Of a stretch of DNA of 64,000 bases, positions 49,194 through 59,216 are shown piece after piece (position 1 is the first letter of the stretch; each line of letters starts with the position of its first letter). A program made the translations under genes and the position numbers. The stretch comes from Myxococcota bacterium. Its GTDB lineage: Bacteria > Myxococcota_A > UBA796 > CAJQPC01. The stretch is taken from contig DASCPX010000129.1 of assembly GCA_036012755.1 (NCBI GenBank), positions 224,001-288,000 on the forward strand, written 5' to 3'. The notes below the pieces were generated by a model. That model made no database searches. It was not told the origin of the DNA and saw nothing but the letters and a program-made list of their open reading frames with translations.

Positions 49194-49900
49194 CCCGTCG
49201 CGAGCAGGTGTCGCTGATCGCGCTGGCGCTCACGCTGTCGTGGTTCGCCTACCCGGCGAAGCAGGTCTCGGCGGAGTTCTCCGAGCAGCGGGCGGAGGCC
49301 CTGCGCGGGACCACCGTCGAGGACCTCGTCCGGGCGGTCCTCGTCGCCCCGATCGGGCAGCTGCCACCTGGTCCAGAAGGACATCGAGCTGGTGAGATGC
49401 TGGAGGAGGCGATGTCACTCTACGAGCTGCAGGCTGGATGGAGCGAGCGGGCGCTCGTGGGTCTGGGCGAGGACAACCTCGCGGTGGTCGCGGAGCAGCG
49501 CTCGTCTGCCGGGGAGCGGTCGCGCTCCCACCCACACACGCCGCCGGAGATGTTGCGCATCGTCGAGCTCCTCGTGCAGGAGCATGGTCCCTCGGCGGTG
49601 CCCGTACCCGGGTTGCCGGAGGAGTCGCCTTTTCCCAGCCTGCCTCCGCAGGAGCTGGGCTCGGGCTTGCTGGCCCTGGCTGAGAGCGGCTCGATGTCAG
49701 AGGACGAGGCACACGGGGTTCTCTCCGCCACCCTGGCCGGAATCGGGGCTCACGAGCGGGCCCCGGTCCTGGTCGAGGAGCTGGAGTTGCTGCTCGGTGA
49801 CGAGGTGGTCGCGCTGGCGTCATCGGGACCGCGACCGCGGGACCGGCACGAGCTATCGTCGATGAGCGAGGCTGCGGTGCAGAGGTTGAAGGAGCGCTGA
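49190..49900 (+). CDS. Hypothetical protein with N-terminal anchor
   Basis: ATGA coupling; hydrophobic N-terminus; typical codon usage. Confidence 0.6.
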   Translation: MTRREQVSLIALALTLSWFAYPAKQVSAEFSEQRAEALRGTTVEDLVRAVLVAPIGQLPPGPEGHRAGEMLEEAMSLYELQAGWSERALVGLGEDNLAVVAEQRSSAGERSRSHPHTPPEMLRIVELLVQEHGPSAVPVPGLPEESPFPSLPPQELGSGLLALAESGSMSEDEAHGVLSATLAGIGAHERAPVLVEELELLLGDEVVALASSGPRPRDRHELSSMSEAAVQRLKER

Positions 49901-50775
49901 TGGATCGGGGAAAGCCCTTCGTTGTTGCCCTCCTCGTCTGTGGGCTGGTCGGAGTCGTCGTGGCCGGGCTCATCTTCTCGTTCTTTCCCAGCGACTGGAC
50001 GAAGAGGGCGCCGGAGTCGGCGGAGTGAGCTGTCGTCCTGGACTTCGCCGACGGGCTGCGACGGGACGAGACCGAGATCCGGAAGGCATACGAGCAGGCC
50101 TGTGTGGACGGTTGGGACCCCGCGTGCTCCTACGAGGACTTCCAGGGTGATCTCCTCGTCGCGGAGGCCGAGCTGGCCGATCGCTGCGACGGGGACGAGG
50201 CGCCGTCCTGCCTGGTGCTGGGCTGGGCGCGCACACAGCTGACGGAGGAGGGCGGTCCCCCGCCGGAGACCGACGACTTCACCTGGGCCGGCATGAACGA
50301 AACCGCTCGCACGCTCTACGTGGAGCGCGAGTGGCGGGGAGCGGACGCCTTCGACACGGCCTGCAAGTCCGGCAACGCGAGGGCCTGCGCGGAGCTTGGC
50401 CGCTGCGTTGGGTGGGGAGTCGGTCGAAAGCACTCCCCAGAGGACGCGAGGACGCTGTTCGAGCTGTCCTGCGCGATGGGGGCCCCTGAGGGCTGCAACT
50501 GGGCGGGCGATGCCTCGATGCGGCTGGGCGGCGACACCGTCGGTTGGTTCGAGAAGGCCTGTGACATGGGCCTCGAGGACGGCTGCCGCAACCTCTCGAT
50601 CCGAGACGGTTCTACAGAGGAGGAGCGAGAGACCATCTACCTCCGAGGCTGCGAGACCGACGCCCGCAGCTGCCACTTCCTCGGCCAGCACTACCTCGAT
50701 CTCGACCAACAGGACCTGGCAGTGGAGTACTTCGCGCTCGCCTGCGAGGCCGGGATCTCCGGCTCCTGCCAGTAA
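49900..50775 (+). CDS. Sel1/Hcp-like Cys-paired repeat protein interrupted by an in-frame TGA at 50026
   Basis: ATG 49900 plus TM, TGA 50026-50028, same frame continues into AC..G....C..LG repeats. Confidence 0.6.
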
Positions 50776-50804
50776 CAGACGGGGTCAGACCCCCCCCTGT
50801 CCCG

Positions 50805-52460
50805 TCACTGACCCAATGAGAAGAGGACTTGGTCGCCCACCACCCGGCCCGGGCCGCAGATCAGCTCGAGCTCCGCGAGGACCTTGTCGCGTGTGTGGGG
50901 TGGGTAGGCGCGCAGGTGCACCACGATGGCGGAGAAGCCGGCGTCGACCAGGCGCTGGCGGCCCAGGATCAAGTCCAGGGTGGGCCGGGTCGGCGGCAGC
51001 GAGGCGACCCCGCTCCGCTCCAGGTCGATGAGGCTGCGGGTCAGGGGGTTGTCGTCCAGCCACTGGGGGGTCGGGTCGTTGAGTCCGTATGGAATCGGCC
51101 GTCGATGAGAGACCTGGTAGAGGTTGTAGCGGCTACGGTCCAGGACCTGGAGCGACACGGGCAGATCCAGCACGGCGCCGTCTGTCGAGATCTGTGAGTA
51201 CACAGCTGGGACCGCGACCTCGGATGTCGCCACGGGCCAGGTGGCGGGTGAGAACAACAGCACCTCGACGAGGAAGGCCGGGATCAGGAGCCAGCCCCAT
51301 CGGCCACGAATCCACAGAGCCGCACAGACTCCGAGGGCCAGCTGCATCGGGATGGCGAATCGGTAGGCGTGCGAGATCGGTGAGAAGAGAGGGATCACCT
51401 CGAAGAAAGCGAGGAAGGGGAGGGGCACCCAGGTGCCGCCCGGGAGCTGCCAGTAGCCGCCTCCCAGGTACAGGAAGGGGCCCAGCGCGAAGACGAATGA
51501 CACCAGGGCCAAGACCGCCCACCACCGCGCGCGACGCACCCGCCATGCCCCGAAGAGGGCTGGAACCAACAGGATCCAGCCGACGTAGACGACGACCTGG
51601 AGGTGCTCGTCGAAGAGCTCGAACAGGTCCGGGCTGTGGAAGTCACCGGGGTGGAAGAAGGCGAGCAGGTCCACCATGTTGTGACCGACCAGCGAGGCGT
51701 AGACGAACTCCGGGTCGCGACTGACCAGCGCCTCCGGAGACGAGAGCGTCCCGCTGAAGACCCACAACAACGGAAGGAGCGGGAGGCCGCCGAGGACCAC
51801 CCAGCCGAGCTGACGGAGGACCAGCCGACCACGAGCCCGTGGGAGGAGCGTCCAGACCCCCGCTGCCGCCCAGATCAAGCCCAGGAACAGGCCGTAGTAG
51901 AAGTTCGCGAAGCCGCAGACGGCCACGAGTCCTCCGGCGATGAGCCCGTTGTTGCGCCCGGGCTCGCGCCAGAAGCGCACCAGGCCCCAGAGACCCAGCG
52001 GCAGCCATCCCACGCTCAGGGTCTCGGAGATGCCGTTGTGGAGCTGACCGAGCAGCTGGGGCACGGCCGCGTATGTGACTCCGGCGAAGGCCGAGCCCGC
52101 CTCCGAGCTCCCCAGTCTCCTCGCCAGAAGCCAGGCGGCGAAGCCGGCCAGCACCAGGTTCGCCCACATCGCGAGGTCGTAGGCCACGACCGGGCCGGCC
52201 AGGAGCTGGATTGGCAGCGTCCACAAGGCCCCGAAGAGATCGATGAACCACAGCGCGCCCCCCTGGGGCCACCCGATGTTGTCCGTCCACAGCGGCGACT
52301 CCCCAGAGAGCAGCGCGTCCCGGACCTGCCAGAAGCCCCAGACGTGGTTGTAGGTGTCGGCCTGTGGGTGGCCGAGTGCCTCGCCGGAGAGCGCCGGGAA
52401 CACCAGGAGCGTCGCGAGCACCGCGAAGCCGAAAACTGCGAGGGCGTGCGGGCAGCGCAT
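50805..52460 (-). CDS. Second GT-C-like polytopic membrane protein
   Basis: D.YNHVW, WPQG, YYG, LGP.L; C-terminal VLDLP...YQVSHRRPI. Confidence 0.65.
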   Translation of the reverse strand: MRCPHALAVFGFAVLATLLVFPALSGEALGHPQADTYNHVWGFWQVRDALLSGESPLWTDNIGWPQGGALWFIDLFGALWTLPIQLLAGPVVAYDLAMWANLVLAGFAAWLLARRLGSSEAGSAFAGVTYAAVPQLLGQLHNGISETLSVGWLPLGLWGLVRFWREPGRNNGLIAGGLVAVCGFANFYYGLFLGLIWAAAGVWTLLPRARGRLVLRQLGWVVLGGLPLLPLLWVFSGTLSSPEALVSRDPEFVYASLVGHNMVDLLAFFHPGDFHSPDLFELFDEHLQVVVYVGWILLVPALFGAWRVRRARWWAVLALVSFVFALGPFLYLGGGYWQLPGGTWVPLPFLAFFEVIPLFSPISHAYRFAIPMQLALGVCAALWIRGRWGWLLIPAFLVEVLLFSPATWPVATSEVAVPAVYSQISTDGAVLDLPVSLQVLDRSRYNLYQVSHRRPIPYGLNDPTPQWLDDNPLTRSLIDLERSGVASLPPTRPTLDLILGRQRLVDAGFSAIVVHLRAYPPHTRDKVLAELELICGPGRVVGDQVLFSLGQ

Positions 52461-52504
52461 GCGTTGCCGCCCGAGTATATGTGAGCCGTCCTCGGAGGCT
52501 CCGA

Positions 52505-53329
52505 ATGCTGCTGCTCCTCTTCATGGCTTGTCCGCCGCCCTCCGATGCCGATCCGGACGACTCCACGGTCGTGACGGACGACTCCACGGGCGAGACAGAC
52601 GACAGCACCGACTACGTGGCCTGCGACCCCAAGACCGACAGCGTGTCCACCGTCGGGATCTTCGGCGTCGTGCTCACGGATGAGGGAGACCCCGTCCAGT
52701 GCCTCCGGGCCCAGTTCTGCAACAGCGCCTGCACGGTCGGCGACAACAACGCCGACGGCGAGTACAGCGTCGTCTCGGACGAGGCCGGGACCGGCGCCTT
52801 CGAGATCTTCCCGCTGACGGACGACTACTCGGAGTACTTCGTCGCCCACACCTTCTGGGACAACGCGCCTGGGACCGACACGAACCTCGACATCGTGCTC
52901 CAGAAGGTCGACGGCGGGTGGAAGGAGATGCCGGCTTCGGCCACCCCGACGGAGATGGGCGAGGGCCTCACGGTGGCTCTGGGCTCCGACTTGCTCTCGC
53001 TGCCATTCGGCACTGACGTCGACACGGTCGGCGCGGCGGTCATGTCCAGCGGGGAGCGCCTGCCTCTAGCGGACTTCCCCTCCTCCGGTGAGATCGTGCT
53101 GGCATACACGCTCTCTCCCTTCGACGGCCACGCCTCCAGTGGCATGGCCTGGAGCATCGACCACAGCTCGATCGAGGACGGCACCACCTACGAGATCTGG
53201 CAGATGGAGCTCGACACGACCGCGGTCGTCTACGAGTGGGGCAGCCTCGGCACTGCGACCGCGTCGGGCACGACGCTCGAGGGCGACGGCCTCACCTACC
53301 TGACCACTCTGATCGTAGTCGAACCCTGA
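52505..53329 (+). CDS. Hypothetical acidic lipoprotein
   Basis: GGAGG RBS; MLLLLFMAC; D/S/T linker; beta-rich body. Confidence 0.65.
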   Translation: MLLLLFMACPPPSDADPDDSTVVTDDSTGETDDSTDYVACDPKTDSVSTVGIFGVVLTDEGDPVQCLRAQFCNSACTVGDNNADGEYSVVSDEAGTGAFEIFPLTDDYSEYFVAHTFWDNAPGTDTNLDIVLQKVDGGWKEMPASATPTEMGEGLTVALGSDLLSLPFGTDVDTVGAAVMSSGERLPLADFPSSGEIVLAYTLSPFDGHASSGMAWSIDHSSIEDGTTYEIWQMELDTTAVVYEWGSLGTATASGTTLEGDGLTYLTTLIVVEP

Positions 53330-53338
53330 GCACCGCCC

Positions 53339-54085
53339 GTGCGGCGCATCCTCCTCTGGCTGAACTCCCCCTTCGCGTGGGGCATCTTCCTCTCGGTGTC
53401 CCTCGTGAACATCGTCGTGGGTGTCGTCTGCCAGCTGCTCGCGCTGCCACTGGATCCTCAGCGACGGGTCGCGTTGAAGATCAACCACTGGATCTGGGGG
53501 CGCGGTCTCTTCGCCGCCGAGCCGGGCTGGCCGACCACCTGGGAGGGCCTCGAGAACATCGGCGAGGGCCCCTACGTCATCGTCGCCAACCACAGCTCCG
53601 TGCTCGACATCCCGGTCTTGATGGGCCTGCCGATGCCGATGCGCGTGCTGGCCAAGAAGGAGCTCGTCAGGGCTCCGATCATGGGCTGGTACATCGGTTT
53701 CTCTGGCCAGATCCCCATCGACATGAGCCGCGATGGCGGCGTCGAGGAGGCCTTCATGCGCTGCCGCGAGAGCCTGGAGCAGGGCATCTCCCTCGTCATC
53801 TTCCCAGAGGGCACCCGGAGCGAGGACTGCCAGCTGGCCAGGTTCCGCACCGGCGCCTTCCGGCTGGCAAAGGACACGGGGGTGCCGGTCCTGCCGGTCA
53901 GCATCTTCGGCACCCACAAGCTGATGAAGAAGGGCACCTTCCTGCCCCAGTCGCTCTACCATCCCATCAGGTGCCGGGTGCTGTCGCCCATCTCGGGCGA
54001 GGGTCTCTCCACGGCTCGGAAGCTCAAGAACCGGGTGCGCGAGGCCATCTCCACAAACCTCGATGAGCTCCGCGCCAATGCGTGA
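53339..54085 (+). CDS. PlsC-like acyltransferase
   Basis: NHSSVLD, FPEGTRS, GAF.LA. Confidence 0.9.
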   Translation: MRRILLWLNSPFAWGIFLSVSLVNIVVGVVCQLLALPLDPQRRVALKINHWIWGRGLFAAEPGWPTTWEGLENIGEGPYVIVANHSSVLDIPVLMGLPMPMRVLAKKELVRAPIMGWYIGFSGQIPIDMSRDGGVEEAFMRCRESLEQGISLVIFPEGTRSEDCQLARFRTGAFRLAKDTGVPVLPVSIFGTHKLMKKGTFLPQSLYHPIRCRVLSPISGEGLSTARKLKNRVREAISTNLDELRANA

Positions 54086-54734
54086 GGCCATCGAGACCGC
54101 GAGCGCCCGCTACCTCGTCGCTGGACGCTGGGCCCATGGCTTCGCCCGCGGCAAGATGAGCGGAGATCCGGCCTACCGTCGCGTGCTGGAGCTGATCGAC
54201 TGCGATGAGGGCACTTTTGTCGACATCGGCTGCGGCGAAGGCCACCTCCTCGCGCTCGTGCGCGCGCTTCACCCGGGCCTGTCTCTGGTGGGCCTCGACC
54301 ACGACGCCAGCCGCGTGGAGACCGCCAGGGTGGTGCTCGGAGAAGAAGCGAGGATCCAGCTGCATCTCGGCGACGTTCGCGACTTCGAGCTACCAGAGGC
54401 CCAGCTGATCGCTTGCCTCGACGTGCTCCACTACATGACTCCCGAGGAGCAGGACACGCTCCTGTCCCGCTTTGCTGTGGCCCTGGCCGCCGGTGGCGTG
54501 CTCCTCATCCGGGACGGACGCAGCGAAGCGGGCTTCGCGAGCACCATCACCCGCTGGTCCGAACAGCTGGCGGTGGCCTTCGGACGGCACAAGGGCGACG
54601 GCGTGTTCTTCCGTCCGGCCGAGGACACCCGAGCCACCCTCGAGGCTGCGGGCCTGCGGGTCGAGCTCTCCGACTGCAGCGAGGGCACCCCCTTCGCCAA
54701 CATGCTCTGGGTCGGCCGCAAGGAGGGCTCGTGA
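54078..54734 (+). CDS. Class I SAM-dependent methyltransferase
   Basis: VDIGCGEG, GLDHD, DVLHY; K...DPAY motif. Confidence 0.85.
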   Translation: MREAIETASARYLVAGRWAHGFARGKMSGDPAYRRVLELIDCDEGTFVDIGCGEGHLLALVRALHPGLSLVGLDHDASRVETARVVLGEEARIQLHLGDVRDFELPEAQLIACLDVLHYMTPEEQDTLLSRFAVALAAGGVLLIRDGRSEAGFASTITRWSEQLAVAFGRHKGDGVFFRPAEDTRATLEAAGLRVELSDCSEGTPFANMLWVGRKEGS

Positions 54735-55819
54735 TCGCCGTCACGGGTCTCGGCGCGGTCAGCCCCCTCGGGCGGGACCCGGAGACCCTGTTCGCCCGAC
54801 TCTGCGCCGGGCAGAGCGCTCTGTCGATCGTCCAGGGCTTTCCGGCGAAGGGGCCCGTGGCGGCCCTGGGGCGTCGGGTCACCAGCAGCGAGCTAGCCCT
54901 CGAGGTGGCGCGCCAGGCCATGCCCGACCACCGCGGCGGCGAGCTCGCGGTCGTCGGGGCGAGCACCAGCGGGGACATGTCCGTCGGAGAGAAGGCCTTC
55001 GCCACGCGCCTTCGCGGCGAGGTCCTCGAGGACCCGAGCAACCTCTTCTTCCGCCAGCTCTGCCACGCCCCGACCCGCGCCGTCGCAGAGGCCCTCGGAG
55101 CGTCGATCAGCTTCACGCTGTCGACGGCCTGCACCAGCGGCCTGTGTGCGATCGGGGCCGCCGCCGACCTCGTCCACTCCGGTTTGGTCCCGATGGCCCT
55201 GGCTGTGGGCGCTGATGCCCTCTGCGACATCACGCTCGCCGGCTTCGGCACCCTGGGTGTCTACGCTCCAGAGCCCTGCAGGCCCTTCGATCGCGAGCGC
55301 CAGGGCATGAACATCGGCGAAGGCGCCGGCGCGCTGTTGCTCGAGGACCTCGACCACGCCCTGGCCCGAAACGCTCCCATCCTGGCCCTCCTCGGCCGCT
55401 ACAGCGACACCTCGGACGCCCACCACCTCTCTGCTCCCCACCCCGAAGGCGAGGGCGCCATCCGGGCGATCCGCGAGGTCCTCGACTGCCCCGTTCAGTA
55501 CGTGAACGCCCACGCCACCGCGACCCGACTCAACGACGAGATGGAGGCCCTCGCCCTGGCGGCGACCCTGCCAGAGGCCGCGATCAGCGGCAGCAAGGGC
55601 GCCATCGGTCACACCCTGGGCGCCGCCGGCGTGCTCGAGGCGGTCGTGGCCATCGGAGCCCTGCGTCACCAGCGGCTCCCACCGACCGTGGGTTGCACGG
55701 ACCCCGAGCCGGAGCTCGACATCGTGCTGGAGGCGCGCGAGGCGAAGATCGACGCCGCGCTCACCGTCAACTTCGCCTTCGGTGGCAACAACGCCGCCGC
55801 GGTGTTTCGGAGAGCCTGA
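54731..55819 (+). CDS. Beta-ketoacyl-ACP synthase (type II, APE-like)
   Basis: VTGLGAVSP, TACTSG (Cys), NAHAT (His), KGAIGHTLG (His), FAFGG. Confidence 0.9.
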   Translation: MIAVTGLGAVSPLGRDPETLFARLCAGQSALSIVQGFPAKGPVAALGRRVTSSELALEVARQAMPDHRGGELAVVGASTSGDMSVGEKAFATRLRGEVLEDPSNLFFRQLCHAPTRAVAEALGASISFTLSTACTSGLCAIGAAADLVHSGLVPMALAVGADALCDITLAGFGTLGVYAPEPCRPFDRERQGMNIGEGAGALLLEDLDHALARNAPILALLGRYSDTSDAHHLSAPHPEGEGAIRAIREVLDCPVQYVNAHATATRLNDEMEALALAATLPEAAISGSKGAIGHTLGAAGVLEAVVAIGALRHQRLPPTVGCTDPEPELDIVLEAREAKIDAALTVNFAFGGNNAAAVFRRA

Positions 55820-56616
55820 TGCTCGAAGCGGTCCTCCTCGATGCAAGGGTCCTGGTGCCTGGCGAAGGCGACCTCGCCGAAGACCTGCTGTCCGGGCGCC
55901 GGCGACAGGGGCGCATCGAGCTCCGCCGCTTGCCCACCATCGCTGGAGGCAGCTGGCGACGCATGAGCCGCCTCTCCCGCATGGTCGCCACGGCTGCCGC
56001 CGACCTCGCGGCCGAGGACGTGCCCGTCGTCTTCGGGACCGCCATCGGCGAGATCGTGCCGACGACACGCTTCCAGGACCGGCTCTACACAGAGGGCCCC
56101 GACCGCGCCTCGCCGCTGGCCTTCCAGAACAGCGTCTACAACGCCCCCGCCGGTCACCTCAGCATCGCGCTCGGCCTCCGCTCCCTCTCCGAGACCGTCG
56201 CCGCGGGCGGCGCCACCGGGCTCTCTGCGCTGCTACGCGGCATGACCTTGTTGCGGCAGCATGACGAGGTCCTCGTCATCGCTGCCGACGACGACAACGA
56301 ACACATCGCCGCCGCCTGCGCCACCAACGGCCTGCCGGCGCCGGGGGAAGCGGTGGCTGCCGTTCGGATCGGCCGCGCGGGCGAGGGCCCCAGGATCCGT
56401 CTTGGGGCCGGTGTCGATGGGGACGCCATCTTGACCCGGCGGACGCGCCTCCCGCGCGAGCAGGCCCTCGCCAGCGCCCCTGGAGCACCGATCGAAGCCT
56501 GCCTCGGGATCTGTCTCAGCTCCGGCCTCGCGGCGCTGTTGGCGCTGCGGCACCGAGGCGGCTGTGTCGTCGATCTCGACGGGAGGAGCGCGCTGTCTGC
56601 GAGGATCTGCCTGTGA
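55819..56616 (+). CDS. Chain-length factor-like ketosynthase partner
   Basis: RRMSRLSR, VFGTAIGE, SPLAFQNSVYNAPAG; no catalytic Cys motif; TGATG coupling. Confidence 0.8.
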   Translation: MLEAVLLDARVLVPGEGDLAEDLLSGRRRQGRIELRRLPTIAGGSWRRMSRLSRMVATAAADLAAEDVPVVFGTAIGEIVPTTRFQDRLYTEGPDRASPLAFQNSVYNAPAGHLSIALGLRSLSETVAAGGATGLSALLRGMTLLRQHDEVLVIAADDDNEHIAAACATNGLPAPGEAVAAVRIGRAGEGPRIRLGAGVDGDAILTRRTRLPREQALASAPGAPIEACLGICLSSGLAALLALRHRGGCVVDLDGRSALSARICL

Positions 56617-59216
56617 TCCAGCTGCTCGTCGCCCTCGCCCTCGCCCAAGAACCCCCAGCCGACGAGGTCGTTCCACCGACGGTCAAGGTCGACGTGACCC
56701 CCGACTACCCGCCAGAGGCGCGAGACGCAGGCATCGAGGGCGACGTCCTCCTGCTGTTGACCATCGGCGCCGACGGCCTCGTCTACGACGTCGAGCTCGT
56801 GCAGGGGCCCCACAGCTTGCTGAACTTCGCGGCCATGGACGCCGCCGACATGCTTTTCTTCGAGCCGGCGACCAAGGACGGCGTGCCCGTCGGCGTGCAG
56901 ATCAACTACCGCTTCAGCTTCGACCTGGGCCTCGCGGACGAGACCGGTCTGCCGATCCCAGGCAGCCTCCATGGCGTGGTCGTCGATCCTGACGGCTACG
57001 AGATCCCCAACGCCAAGGTCCGCGTCGAGGGCGTCGATGTCCCAGACTTCGAGCCGCTGGACATGACGGCGAAGGCGGACGGGTCCTTCCGCGCCACCTT
57101 CCTCCCGAGCGGGACCTACAACGTCACCGTCACGGTTCCTGGCTTCACCCCGACCACGTCAGTGGTGGAGATCGAGGCCGGAGAGAACCTCTCTCGCGGC
57201 TTCACGGTCGTGCCGGAGGGCGAGTTCACCATCATCGTGCGCTGGGAGGAGAAGACCTGGCGCGAGGTCGAGCGAGCCCCGCTCGAGCCCAACGAGGGCA
57301 CCGTCACTTCCAGCTACACGCTGACGCGGCGGGACATCGAGACCACCCCGGGCTCGATGGAGGACGTCAGTCGAGCGGTCCACGCCTTGCCCGGCATCGT
57401 CAGTGACGGGGACATGCTCGCCACCTTCAACGCCCGCGGCGGCGAGACCTCGGACGTCGTCTTCCTGCTGGATCGCGTCCCGCTCTCGAACCCCTTCCAC
57501 CTCGCGGGCTTCAACAGCCTCTTCAACCCGGACCTCATCAGCGAGGTGCAGTTCAACGCTGGCGCCGCCCCCGCGAATGTGCCGGCTGCCACGAGCGCCG
57601 TGCTCGCGGTCGAGACCTGGGACGGCACCCCACGCCAGGACGGAGGGGACATCGACGGCGCCTTCGACATCAGCGCCTCGAGCCTTCGCGTGCTCGTCAT
57701 GGGTCCGATCGGCTCGCGGTCCAGCGTCGCCCTGGCCGCCCGGCGCTCCTACCTCGAGTCCTACTTCCAGGTCATGAAGTGGGCCAACGTCATCGACACC
57801 AGCTTCGCGGCGCCCGAGTTCAGCGAGCTGTCGGCTCGCTTCGCGTGGCATCCAGCCGATCGCCACCGGGTCATGGTCACGGCGATGCGCTCCGGTGACA
57901 GCCTCGCCATCGTCGACTCCGCCGACGACAGCCTGATCACCGTCGACGCGACCTTCCAGCTGGAGAACTCGTTGTCCCTGTTTTCCCTCGATCACCGCTT
58001 CGAGGCCTCAGAGGACGTCACCTGGCAGAGCACCACCGCCTGGACTCGGGACCGTGCCTTCATGCTCCGCGATCTCGGCGGCGAGTTCCGAGAGGACGTC
58101 ACCTCCCACCGCTGGTTCGCGCGGACCGACCTGTCGCTGACCCCGATGAAGCACGAGGTCCTCGCCGGAGTCGACGGGTCCTATGTCCTCGTCGACGCGA
58201 AGGGCTCCATCGAGGATCGTCGGGCCCGGCCCACCTGGCACATGGCTCCCCTCGCCGAGTACGACTCCAGCATCGTCGAGCTCGACGGCGCCCTGGCCTA
58301 CCCGGAGACCAGCGCCTACATCCAGGAGACCTGGAACGGTCCCGTGCGGATCCGCGCCGGTGGCCGCGCCACCTTGACCGGTGCCACCGGGGAGCTGCTG
58401 TTGAGCCCCAGAGCCGGGTTCAGCGTGCCGCTGCCCACCGGGACCGTTCCCAAGGCCAGCTGGGGCATCTACCACAAGACTCCCCAGGACCCGAGGGTGC
58501 TCGACGCGGAGCTGGGAAACCCCGACATCGGCTCGGAGCGGGCGGTCCACTACGTCGTGGGCCTCGACCAGGGCTTCCCACTGCCGGGCGAGGAGGCCGG
58601 CGGTCTGGTCCGAGTCGAGGGCTATCGGATCGAGCTGTCCGACCTAGTGGTGAACCCGGACACCCAGGACGCTGTCGACGCCGGCACCACCTTCGAGAAC
58701 GCCGGCACTGGCCGGAACCAGGGCATCGATGTGCTCGTCGGTGCACGGGCAGGTCGGATCAGCGGCATGGCGACCTACAGCTACCTCGTCGCCACGCGCC
58801 ACAACCCCCTGAACAGCTCCTTCTCCCAGGACCTGGCCCCGGCCCAGGACCAGCGCCACACCCTCGGCACCAGCCTGGAGTACCAGCTCACCCCTCGCTG
58901 GCGCGGCACGGTTCGCTACAGCTTCCACACGGGCCGCCCCACATCCAGCGTCCAGCCCTCGGGCACGGACGACTTCCTCGAGCTCACCGGGCTGAACAAC
59001 CAGCGCCTGGGCGACTACCACAACGTCGACGTGCGGGCCGAGTGGCGTCGGGCGATGGACAACTACAGGCTGGCTGTCTACGTCGAGGTCCTCAACGTGG
59101 CGAATCTCAAGAGCGACTTCGTCCCGATAGCCACGATCGAGGACGGCCAGCTGACCGAGAGCATGCTCTATCACCTGCCGATCCGGCCCTTCCTGGGCGT
59201 TCGGGCGGACTTCTAG
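56613..59216 (+). CDS. TonB-dependent receptor with N-terminal TonB_C-like and CarboxypepD_reg-like domains
   Basis: PDYPPEAR..GIEG.V; plug D..RAV..LPGI, RGG, NPFH; terminal aromatic residue (RADF). Confidence 0.85.
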   Translation: MIQLLVALALAQEPPADEVVPPTVKVDVTPDYPPEARDAGIEGDVLLLLTIGADGLVYDVELVQGPHSLLNFAAMDAADMLFFEPATKDGVPVGVQINYRFSFDLGLADETGLPIPGSLHGVVVDPDGYEIPNAKVRVEGVDVPDFEPLDMTAKADGSFRATFLPSGTYNVTVTVPGFTPTTSVVEIEAGENLSRGFTVVPEGEFTIIVRWEEKTWREVERAPLEPNEGTVTSSYTLTRRDIETTPGSMEDVSRAVHALPGIVSDGDMLATFNARGGETSDVVFLLDRVPLSNPFHLAGFNSLFNPDLISEVQFNAGAAPANVPAATSAVLAVETWDGTPRQDGGDIDGAFDISASSLRVLVMGPIGSRSSVALAARRSYLESYFQVMKWANVIDTSFAAPEFSELSARFAWHPADRHRVMVTAMRSGDSLAIVDSADDSLITVDATFQLENSLSLFSLDHRFEASEDVTWQSTTAWTRDRAFMLRDLGGEFREDVTSHRWFARTDLSLTPMKHEVLAGVDGSYVLVDAKGSIEDRRARPTWHMAPLAEYDSSIVELDGALAYPETSAYIQETWNGPVRIRAGGRATLTGATGELLLSPRAGFSVPLPTGTVPKASWGIYHKTPQDPRVLDAELGNPDIGSERAVHYVVGLDQGFPLPGEEAGGLVRVEGYRIELSDLVVNPDTQDAVDAGTTFENAGTGRNQGIDVLVGARAGRISGMATYSYLVATRHNPLNSSFSQDLAPAQDQRHTLGTSLEYQLTPRWRGTVRYSFHTGRPTSSVQPSGTDDFLELTGLNNQRLGDYHNVDVRAEWRRAMDNYRLAVYVEVLNVANLKSDFVPIATIEDGQLTESMLYHLPIRPFLGVRADF

